From assembly GCA_002269645.1 (NCBI GenBank), contig NIVC01001816.1, forward strand, positions 1 to 64,000: DNA of 64,000 bases, read 5' to 3'. This DNA comes from Macrostomum lignano (Eukaryota). The notes beneath the pieces were generated by a model. The model was given only the letters and a program-made list of their open reading frames with translations, searched no databases and was not told the origin of the DNA. Shown here piece after piece: positions 53,770 to 64,000 of this stretch (position 1 is the stretch's first letter; every line of letters starts with the position of its first letter). The translations under genes were made by a program, and so were the position numbers.

Positions 53770-56600
53770 ATGACCAGCGGTTGCTCAGCAAAGTCATTCA
53801 ACGGCACCGACTGGATGTCACAGCTGCCAGAGTCTGCGGCTCAGCTGCCCCTGTGCCAGCTGGCTCTGCCGGGCTCCCACGACAGCTGTACCGAGTTCTT
53901 GGACCTGCACCGGTGCATCGGGCCCGACTCGCCGGAGGCGCCCCGACGGTATGGGGAGAATTCTTCCAGTCAGTGCTAATCCATCACCATAATTGGGATT
54001 AACCTGTTTAGACTACTCACTCTAAATCCATCTTGAATACTGACTCTTAATCCATCCTGAATACTGACTCTTAATCCATCTTGAATACTGACTCTTAATC
54101 CATCCTGAATACTGACTCTTAATCCATCCTGAATACTGACTCTTAATCCATCCTGAATACTGACTCTTAATCCATCCTGAATACTGAATCTTAATCCATC
54201 TTGAATACTGACTCTTAATCCATCTTGAATACTGACTCTTAATCCATCCTGAATACTGACTCTTAATCCATCTTGAATACTGACTCTTAATCCATCCTGA
54301 ATACTGACTCTTAATCCATCCTGAATACTGACTCTTAATCCATCCTGAATACTGACTCTTAATCCATCCTGAATACTGACTCTTAATCCATCTTGAATAC
54401 TGACTCTTAATCCATCCTGAATACTGACTCTTAATCCATCTTGAATACTGACTCTTAATCCATCTTGAATACTGACTCTTAATCCATCTTGAATACTGAC
54501 TCTTAATCCATCTTGAATACTGACTCTTAATCCATCCTGAATACTGACTCTTAATCCATCCTGAATACTGACTCTTAATCCATCCTGAATACTGACTCTT
54601 AATCCATCCTGAATACTGACTCTTAATCCATCTTGAATACTGACTCTTAATCCATCTTGAATACTGACTCTTAATCCATCTTGAATACTGACTCTTAATC
54701 CATCTTGAATACTGACTCTTAATCCATCCTGAATACTGACTCTTAATCCATCTTGAATACTGACTCTTAATCCATCCTGAATACTGACTCTTAATCCATC
54801 TTTAATACTGACTCTTAATCCATCTTGAATACTGACTCTTAATCCATCTTTAATACTGACTCTTAATCCATCCTGAATACTGACTCTTAATCCATCTTGA
54901 ATACTGACTCTTAATCCATCTTGAATACTGACTCTTAATCAGTGGTGTGATTCAGGCGCGAATTCGCGCCAGGCGCGAAAATGGCGCGAATGCGCGAATC
55001 CTGGGGGTCTGGCGCGAAATTTTGTGGAACCATGGGCGCGAAAATTGCATTCTTATTTTCTGCTTTTTACACTTATTCTCTTGTCAGACAGTATGAAATA
55101 CAAGAATGTCATAGCTTAGGAGATTAATCTCGAGAATTTCGAGATTCGTGGAGAATTTCGTGGTCGCAAAGAAGCAAAGTGACAATGAAGATGTGGCTGC
55201 TACGTCTGCAAGGGCGGCAGAGATCAGATGTGTGTGTTGTCAGGATTGCACTGAAGAATCGCAGCTTCGAGTCAGAAGAGGACCTTGCCGAGGATCTGAT
55301 GGCCATTTGCCCAGATTCAAAGATTCCACCCAACATCGCCAACAAGAAGTTCAGGCGGGACACGGCTGGGACTTGAGAGACATGCTAATTGGTAGCCAGA
55401 CGCATCCTCAAAAGTGTCATCAATTGACTTATTTGGCTGTCAGTAGAATATCATTGGCATGGCGCGAAAATTTTCAGTCGGCGCGAAATTTGGCAAACTT
55501 TCCAATCACACCACTGCTCTTAATCCATCTTTAATACTGACTCTTAATCCATCCTGAATACTGACTCTTAATCCATCTTGAATACTGACTCTTAATCCAT
55601 CTTTAATACTGACTCCATAATGCTCCTCTCTAGCTAATCCACTCATACAATATTAATCCGCCGTAGTAACTGCTCCGGCTCTTGCAGCTACTTCAACAAC
55701 ACGGCAGGCCGCCTCTACCTGAGGAGGTGGTGGCGCACCCAGTCGCTGACCATCCGCCAGCAGCTGGACCTCGGCATTCGCTATTTGGACCTGCGAGTCG
55801 CCAAATTTGACGACGGATTCCGGCTGCTGCACTCTCTGATCTCCATCAGCCTGGAGGAGGTGCTGGATCAGGTTGGACACTCTTACCTGCGCTCTGTACC
55901 AGCGGCCCAGGCTCGATTCCAAGTGCAGTTACATTAATTTGGGACTAAATTGGAATCTCGGCTTGGCTCTGCTCGTGCAATTAACGGCCTTGAGATTGGC
56001 ACGTTTGACACGGCCAAACCCAACCCTCAGATTGCCGACTTCGTAGCGGCGCACCCCGCCGAGGCGGTGCTGCTGGACTTCAACCATTTCTACAGCATGG
56101 ACAGCCTGTCGGACATGCGGGCCTTCCAGCAGCTGCTCATCTCCAAGCTGGGCCGCCGCCTCAGCCCGCCAGCCTCCGAGGTGCCGAGCCTGGCCCAGCT
56201 GCGCTCCCAGAACCAGTCGGTGCTGGCATTTCAGGCCTCCCAGTTCGACCGCAGCGAACTGCCAGCCCTGTGGGAGAGCGGCACCTGGATGCCCAGTCCG
56301 TGGCCCAACACCACCGACATTGGCGAGATGGTGGCGGCTCTGGACCGCACCTACTCCATGCCGCATGGCAACCACTTTCTGGTGCTGCAGGCTGTGCTCA
56401 CGCCAGATGCCGGCTTCATCCTGCGGCATCCCCTGAGCAGCTTGCGCAATTCCCTCAGCCTGCCCGGCAACCGGGCCTTCGTGAGCTGGCTGCGACAGGG
56501 CAAGAAGGCGCTCGGCTGCCAAGGCGTGAACGTGGCCATCACCGACTTTGTGGAGGACAGCGACTTCGTGCAGGCGGTTGCCGGGCTCAACTTCCAGTGA
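53770..56600 (+). CDS. PLCXD: PI-PLC X-domain protein, paralog B; exons 53770-53948, 55688-55871, 56031-56600
   Basis: TDWMSQLP...PGSHDS, PRR|YFNN...QLDLGIRYLDLRV...LDQ|IADFVAAHP; phases consistent. Confidence 0.87.
54030..55620. repeat. 20-bp minisatellite (aatccatcctgaatactgactctt-like unit) in PLCXD-B intron 1, interrupted by a MITE
   Basis: Visible on both sides of the insertion. Confidence 0.93.
54940..55516. mobile_element. hAT-type non-autonomous element (577 bp)
   Basis: 13-bp TIR cagtggtgtgatt / aatcacaccactg, 8-bp TSD ctcttaat at 54932 and 55517, subterminal ggcgcgaa repeats at both ends. Confidence 0.9.
55885..55995 (+). mobile_element. 5' fragment of SINE family 2 in PLCXD-B intron 2
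   Basis: cccaggctcgattccaagtgcagttacattaatttgggactaaattggaatctcggcttggc matches the reverse complement of 62830-62910. Confidence 0.85.
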
Positions 56601-57656
56601 TGACGCGGAGAGTCTGGATTTGAGAGGGAGTTACTGGGATGGTCCTGATTTTTCGGATTTGGGATATCTGGTTTGTGGTGGCACCTGGGATCGTGGGATC
56701 AGTGATTTGCAACACCTGGGATTTTGGGCATGTGATTTGCAACACCTGGGATTTTGATCTGTGATTTGCAGCACGTGGGATTTTGGGATCTGTGATTTGC
56801 AATACCTGGGATTTTGGGATCTGTGATTTGCAACACCTGAGATTTTGGGATCTGTGATTTGCAACACCTGGGATTTGCGGATCTGTGATTTGCAGCACCT
56901 GGGATTTTGGGATCTGTGATTTGCAGCACCTGGGATTTTGGGATCTGTGATTTGCAACACCTGGGATTTGATATCTTTGAATTACTGACAACTTCTTTGT
57001 TAAAGACTGTGAAAGATCGAATGGGTTGTTTTTTATTTGTGCAGTCTCGGTGCTGCTCAAAAAGCACACCGTATTTTTCTCAATTCCACTTTTAGTTTAT
57101 CTTTAATTTCTGGATTTTACATTTTTTATTTTTTAGCTTGTAAAAGGATACACAAACAAAGACCATGATGAAGTTTTCTTTTTTTAGTTTTAAATTTTAA
57201 CTTTAATGCGACAATAGAATAACAGCAATGGATTTCTTGACTGAATTGCCACCGCTTGATAAACACACGCGTTTGTTGCCATTGCTAACGATTTATTAAT
57301 TTCATTAATTAATAAACAAAGGACTTAAATAAGAAAACGAATAACAATAAGTAAGCATGCGGCAAACGGGCTTATAAGAATGGATATACATTGACAGAAT
57401 GTACTCAAGCTGCTAAACTATAATTAGTTGAATGACAAAACAGCAATTTTGTTTTCTATAACCGTACATGTTATTTAAAACGCAACTTTTACTATTTACA
57501 GTACCGAATTATACTACCGAATAAAATATATGTGAGTAGTATGTAAAAAATGCGAATTTTCTCATCTTAAACTGACCAAAATAAAAGTAGAATTAATATT
57601 AATATAAAAAATAAGCACAGTTAAATATTGATCAGTCGGACACCAGTGCCGCAATG

Positions 57657-60600
57657 TTACCGCACCCGTTTCTCAGCCTTGGGCGACTTCGGATACAGCG
57701 GCGACCACTGAAGGCAGGCGGCATCGATGAGCTGCGGCTTCCTCGGCAGGATGCGCAGCAGGTGCTCTTGAACGGTGCGCTGCGGCAGGCACAGGTCGTA
57801 GCTGCCGCGCCAGTATTGCAGCAGGCCGAGCCCGTGCAGAGTGTCTTGCACGTCATCGCGAGAGATCGCCGTGGCCGAGCAGATGTCGCGGACTGTGCAG
57901 GACGGATGCGACTGGATGTAGTCTAGGATGGCGTACTCCCAGTAGCTCCTGTGGGGGTTGGGATTGAATCGGTGATCTAGCGAAGCACAGGGCAGTGGAT
58001 ACGAGGGGCGACACAGGAGAGACAGAGGCAGGCACGGCAGGGACACAGAGGCAGACACAACAGGGACACAGAGGCAGACAGCAGACACAGCTTGGACACA
58101 GAGACAGACACAGCAGAGGCAAAGATGCAGACGCAGCAGGGACACAGAGGCAGACAGCAGACACAGCTTGGACACAGAGACAGACACAGCAGAGGCACAG
58201 ATGCAGACACAGCAGGGACACAGAGACAAACACAACAGGGACAGAGACAGACAGCAGACACAGCACGGACACAGAGACAGACACAACAGGGACAGAGACA
58301 GACAACAGACACAGCTTGGACACAGAGACAGACACAGCAGAGGCACAGATGCAGACACAGCAGGGACACAGACAGACACAGCAGAGACACAGACAGACAC
58401 AGCGGGGACAGAGGCAGACACAGCAGGGACACAGACAGACACAGCGGGGACAGAGGCAGACACAGCAGGGACACAGACAGACACAGCAGAGACACAGACA
58501 GACACAGCGGGGACAGAGGCAGACAGCAGAGACACAGACAGACACAGCAGAGACACAGACAGACACAGCGGGGACAGAGGCAGATACAGCAGGGACACAG
58601 ACAGACACAGCAGAGACACAGACAGACACAGCGGGGACAGAGACAGACAGCAGAGACACAGACAGACACAGCGGGGACAGAGGCAGACACAGCAGGGACA
58701 CAGACAGACACAGCAGAGACACAGACAGACACAGCGGGGACAGAGGCAGACACATAGACAGACACAACAGGGACAGAGACAGACAGCAGACACAGCACGG
58801 ACACAGAGACAGACAGCAGACACAGCTTGGACACAGAGAGACACAGCAGAGGCACAGATGCAGACACAGCAGGGACACAGAGACAGACAGCAGACACAGC
58901 TTGGACACATAGACAGACACAACAGGGACACAGGCAGACCCAGCAGGGACACAGAAGCTACCTACCTGTAGGTGACTTTCCCCAAATCGCTAAGCGGTTT
59001 CTCGGGGCCGCCAACCAGCCCCTCAACCCTGGCCAACTCGTAGCTCAGCGAAATGAGCAGCTTGCCGTAGCCTTTGCGCTGATGCGGCGGCAGGGTGAGG
59101 ATGCAGGCCAGGTTGTTGCTATCCGGCGAGTCCTTCTCCTTGCTAAAATAGCCCACAATGTGACAGCCGTGCCGGTCCACTTCGCACAGAATGTAGAACA
59201 GGAAGCCGGACACGTCAAAGTACAGAGTTTTGTGATCCAGGAACAGCTTGGCCAGCAGGCAGAGGCACTGGCAGTAGAGTTTGCGCTGCTTGCCATCCAC
59301 TTCAAATACTGACAGATTGCCTTTGCGGTAGATTTCTCTGCCGGGGGGCTGGCGGTATTCGCACTGGGACAGGTGATATTTGTGCGACTTCTCCAGGCCC
59401 ATGTACTTCAGGCAGTACTCGCAGATCCACAGCTTTGTCTGCTTGCCGTATTCGTCAGGATAGGGGCTGAAGTACCAGGTGGTGATCTCGTATTTGCCAA
59501 TCTGGATGAGGTCGATGTACTTCACCTGGGATGGGGGCGGTGCGGGTGGGCAGGTGGTCTGCTGAACAACTTGTCAATAAATTATTATATCAATCAATCA
59601 ATTGATTAGTAAAAAATCTGCGAATTTGTATATCGATTAATCAATCTATCAACCAATACCAACCAGCTTGCAGATTGCATGTTTTATTAATTGATTGGTT
59701 GATTCTTTAACTGCTTGTTAGATTTTTTGATTAAATCAATCAACCATTAAATCGATCAATCAATAAAACATCAATCAATCTACCAACCAACCAACTAATC
59801 AATTAATAAATCAACCAACCATTAAATCAATCAATTGATCTATCTATCAATCAGTCAACCAATCAATCAATCTACTAACCAAGCAACTAATCAATTAATA
59901 AATCAACCAACCATTAAATCAATCAATTGATCTATCTATCAATCAATCAACCAATCAATCAATCTACTAACCAAGCAACTAATCAATTAATAAATCAACC
60001 AACCATTAAATCAATCAATTGATCTATCTATCAATCAATCGATCAACTTATGAGCCAATCAATCAACTAATCAATGAACCAATCAATCAATAAAACATCA
60101 ATCAATCTACCAACCAACCAATAAACTAATCAATCAATCACTCAATTCCCCTAGCTAGCCACCTTAGTCAGCTCCTGGTGCTCCCTCTCCAACGCGGCGG
60201 TGGCAGCGTCCATCTCTTCAACCGACTGCGGCACGTGGTGAATCTCGTGAAATTTCCGCTTCTGATGCCGAGTCAGGCGTGTCTTGTCCCCGCCGCTGGA
60301 GGCCAGCGGGTCCAGCCCGGCGGACTCGAGAGTCCCAGCTGGGTTGCTCACATCGATCCGGTCAATGCTGACCCATTCATCAAGGCGCCTGTCAAAGTCC
60401 AGATAGTGAATGAAATACTCCTGCGAGTTGGCCCGATCGGCGGTCTCCCGTTTGTGCACGATCTCGGCCGGGTACCACTGCCCGTCCGCGACTCGCAGCA
60501 CTGGGAACCGGCCACCGATCTCCAGGGCCGGCTGCGGACCTGCAGCCGCTGCTGCTGCGCTTGATGCGCCCGAGGATGATGAAGCGATGGCTGAGGACAT
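57657..60600 (-). CDS. KAT8: MYST histone acetyltransferase KAT8/MOF; exons 60600-60163, 59525-58966, 57948-57657
   Basis: Tudor-knot (YFIHY...RRLDEWV), [14 protein letters not shown]...EREHQELTK|VKYID, CEYCLKY zinc finger, [16 protein letters not shown]...YR|SYW. Confidence 0.95.
57990..58960. repeat. acag-rich compound minisatellite in KAT8 intron 2
   Basis: Visible. Confidence 0.95.
59570..60140. repeat. (atca)n-derived repeat in KAT8 intron 1
   Basis: Visible. Confidence 0.88.
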
Positions 60601-60709
60601 TTGCTGGTTTGGTTTCGTTTAGGCTGGCTGGCTTTTGCCGGGGGTTGGAAGGCTGGAATGGCGACACGAGTGGAGCTGCTTGATTGGGCTGAATCTGCCA
60701 TTGTCTGTC

Positions 60710-61270
60710 CCAGTGTCTTGCGTCCGTCCTAGTGTCTTGGTGTCTGTCCTAGTGTCTGTCTGTCCTAGTGTCTTGGTGTCTGTCTTGGTGTCTGTCCTAG
60801 TGTCTGTCTGTCCTAGTGTCTTGGTGTCTGTCTTGGTGTCTGTCCTAGTGTCTGTCTGTCCTAGTGTCTGTCTGTCCTAGTGTCTTGGTGTCTGTCTTGG
60901 TGTCTGTCCTAGTGTCTGTCTGTCCTAGTGTCTTGGTGTCTGTCTTGGTGTCTGTCCTAGTGTCTGTCTGTCCTAGTGTCTTGGTGTCTGTCTTGGTGTC
61001 TGTCCTAGTGTCTGTCTGTCCTAGTGTCTTGGTGTCTGTCTTGGTGTCTGTCCTAGTGTCTGTCTGTCCTAGTGTCTTGGTGTCTGTCTTGGTGTCTGTC
61101 CTAGTGTCTTGGTGTCTGTCTTGGTGTCTGTCCTAGTGTCTTGGTGTCTGTCTTGGTGTCTGTCCTAGTGTCTTGGTGTCTGTCTTGGTGTCTGTCCTAG
61201 TGTCTTGGTGTCTGTCTTGGTGTCTGTCCTAGTGTCATGGTGTCTGTCTTGGTGTCTGTCCTAGCCTCTT
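60710..61270. repeat. 12/24-bp minisatellite (gtgtctgtcttg/gtgtctgtccta) upstream of KAT8
   Basis: Visible. Confidence 0.95.
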
Positions 61271-61510
61271 GGTGTCTGTCCTAATTCCTAAGTGTCCCGT
61301 GTCCTTAGCACTCGTATATTGTTGTCTACATGCCTTGATAGCTAATGTCCCTATCCCTGGTTTTTGTCTGTCTCTTAAAGTATAAATGAAAATGAAAATA
61401 ACAAAATTAACTAAGTACTGCTTAACAAGAAGCAAGTTCGACATGCATAATAATATATTGAGAAAGTTGAAAACACTGGACTTAATTCATCCATATTACT
61501 AAAAAGCTAC

Positions 61511-63423
61511 CTAAATGCAGTTCACAGCTACTCTGCCAGACGGTTCATTATCAAACAGCAGTGAATCCCTGGCCTGTTTAAGCTGAACTAAAATCTCGTC
61601 ACTATGAATAGTGTTGCAGTTCAAGGCCAGCCGGATCACGCGTCTGCTATCAGTCTCTAAGAAATAGCGGCGCCTGCTATGGCGATACAGCGGATCGTAA
61701 TGATCAGTTAGCAATAGATGGACCAGCTTAGGAATGTCGCCTGCAGCGGCTGCGGCAAGCCAGTTTGCCTGTGTGGATTTTGAATGGTGCCTGCCGAGTA
61801 GATTGAGCCTCTCAATCAGCAGTTCAGTACGTTCTACAAGCGAGCCGTACTGTTCAATCAGATGCTTGACTCGATCGTCTGCACTTTCTGCTTCTAAAAG
61901 TATTCTGGGCGACCGGGCCAGGGTGGCTACTAGCGACTGCGGCAGAGAGCGATACCCAATGCGAGCCGACTCGCATTCCAGCCACACCGGCTTGTCCGCG
62001 TCCAGCTGGCTGAGAGTTCGAAAAAGCGACGATTCGAACGATTTCTGACTTGGCTGATCGGGTCTGTTGGGATCTGAGCCGAGCAGGGAGCCTCGGTGAT
62101 TTGCTAGGGACTCCAGATCGACTACCTGGTAATTGTAAAAAAGGAAGTCAAGTTTTAAATGACCCTTTTCGGGCAGGTTATTTACAGGCAATTCTAGTCT
62201 AGTTCTACTAAATCTAGTCAGTTCAAACGGCCCTTTTAAGGCAGGTTAATTACAGACACTTTTAGTCTAGTCTAGTTCTACTAAATCTAGTCGGTTAAAA
62301 CGGCCCTTTTAAGGCAGGTTACTTACAGTCACTTCTAGTCTAGTCTAGTTCTACTAAATCTAGTCAGTTAAAACGGCCCTTTTAAGGCAGGTTACCTACA
62401 GACACTTTTAGTCTAGTTCTACTAAATCTAGTCAGTTAAAACGGCCCTTTTAAGGCAGGTTACCTACAGACACTTTTAGTCTAGTTCTACTAAATCTAGT
62501 CAGTTAAAACGGCCCTTTTAAGGCAGGTTAATTACAGACACTTCTAGTTCTACTGAATCTAGTCAGTTAAAACGGCCCTTTTAAGGCAGGATACTTTTTT
62601 TTATTAGAGGCAGGGGGGTTGTGTGCACCCTGGCGCACTTTAAGCGACATGGGCACGCAACCGGCGAGAGGCATTACTGCCCATTCCGCCGACTCCCCTG
62701 AGCAGGCACACAAGCGCGCGGATACGTACGCAGGCACACACTCACACAGGAGTGTACAGCGGCCCTAACTTTATATTATCGTTAGGCATGTACACTTCAC
62801 TGCGCCTTGGGGGGTTGGCTCTCAAGGCCGTTAATTGCACGAGCAGAGCCAAGCCGAGATTCCAATTTAGCCCCAAATTAATGTGACTGCACTTGGAATC
62901 GAGCCTGGGTCGCTGGCACACCAGAGCAGCTGCGCTACCGCTGGGCTACGCCCCCCCTAGGCAGGATACTTACAGACACTTCTAGTTCTACTACATCTAG
63001 TTCAGTTAAAACGGCCCTTTTCAGGCAGGTAATTACAGATTACTAATGTTATGCTCATAAGCAAAAACTTACACCTAAAATGGCTAAAATTAAAACGGCT
63101 CTTTTCGGGCAGCGCTTTAAAAACTAGACGAGATCTACTGTTAACTCTATAAAACAGTATAATTGCATACCTGCTCTCCTTGTCTAGCCAATCGTTCAAG
63201 CAGGTAAGTCTTGCCTGAACCTGTCAGCCCAGCTAAAACCACTGCGCGTTTAAGTCGTCCAACAGGCGGCTCAACACCGGCAAGGTCATTCAGTGACTTC
63301 ACAACGACGCGCCTGTAGGCCCGGTAGCCGCCGGCAAGAACTGTTGGCTGGTAGCCAATCTGGGAAAGCACGATCGCTAGAGAGTGGGAGCGCTGGCCGC
63401 CGCGCCAGCAGTAGATTAAAGGC
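61511..63423 (-). CDS. selU: tRNA 2-selenouridine synthase (SelU/MnmH/YbbB) homolog, 3' partial; exons 63423-63171 and 62125-61511
   Basis: Rhodanese PLIYCWRGGQRS, LAGGYRAYR, P-loop GLTGSGKT, DLESLANHRGS, QPSQKSFES, ECESARIG, HYDPLY. GT-AG phase-0 intron 63170-62126. Confidence 0.9.
62160..63130. repeat. ~60-bp minisatellite filling the selU intron
   Basis: tctagttctactaaatctagtcagttaaaacggcccttttaaggcagg units on both sides of the SINE. Confidence 0.9.
62597..62958 (-). mobile_element. Full-length tRNA-derived SINE (family 2) with 13-bp TSD
   Basis: Head ggggggcgtagcccagcggtag (A box) and ggctcgattcc (B box), A-tail ctaataaaaaaaa, TSD aggcaggatactt at 62584 and 62959. Confidence 0.9.
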
Positions 63424-63559
63424 CTGGCGAGGATTTCAATAATTATGGAGAATTATGAAATTTGCAAGACACCTTGCGACGCATTTTAGGGCACTAAGAT
63501 ATTGGGATGCGAAGATATAATTCTAATAATTTAAGGATTTTTTGCAATGGGAAAAGGGG

Positions 63560-64000
63560 ATTTTGTAGACACATCTACTCCATCTAGTCAGTTTCTAACC
63601 AGGATTCTGGGAAAGGGGATTTTGTAGGATTTCAGGCAAAGGGGATATTGTAGGATTCCAGGCAAAGGGGACTTTGTAGGATTCTAAGTAAAGGGGATTT
63701 TGTAGGATTCTAGGTAAAAGGGGATTTTGTGGGATTCTAAGAAATGGGGATTTTGTAGGATTCTACAAAAAATGGGGATTTTGTAGGATCCTAGAAAAAT
63801 TGGGATTTGTGGGATTCTAGGAAATGGGGATTTTTGTAGAATTCTAAGAAATGGGGATTTTGTAGGATTCTAAGAAAAAGGATTTTGTAGGATTCTAGGA
63901 AATAAGGATTTTGTAGGATTCTAGGAAATAAGGATTTTGTAGGATTCTAGGAAATAAGGATTTTGTAGGATTCTAGGAAATAAGGATTTTGTAGGATTCT
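63560..64000. repeat. ~21-bp minisatellite (aaggggattttgtaggattct) in the upstream selU intron
   Basis: Visible to the window end. Confidence 0.92.

Noticed and set aside
61511-63423. selU as bacterial contamination
   Set aside because: GT-AG introns, host SINE and minisatellites inside the gene, and continuity with KAT8.

Overview
Eukaryotic (animal) genomic DNA with spliceosomal GT-AG introns and the standard code. Gene style and minisatellite-filled introns suggest the flatworm Macrostomum lignano or a relative (inference, not proven). Genes in order: a small frame-disrupted membrane-protein gene, ELP6, DEG/ENaC channel 1 (-), ZNHIT3 with an RGG-rich N-terminus, DEG/ENaC channel 2 (-) carrying a kringle domain on its own phase 1-1 exon, DNA polymerase kappa, TTC37/SKIC3 (12 exons, last five exons duplicated in a ~6.1 kb tandem block), DECR1, two tandem PLCXD-type PI-PLC X-domain genes, KAT8/MOF (-), and the 3' part of an intron-containing homolog of prokaryotic tRNA 2-selenouridine synthase (SelU/MnmH/YbbB, -). 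Mobile DNA: a CORE-type tRNA-SINE, a second tRNA-SINE family (one full copy with a 13-bp TSD plus fragments), a hAT-type MITE with 8-bp TSD, and a TA-flanked element with long TIRs. Strongest leads: the kringle-DEG/ENaC fusion and the spliced SelU homolog. Most long ORFs in the track over repeats are artefacts. All splice models were built by hand and all family assignments rest on recalled motifs, not database searches.
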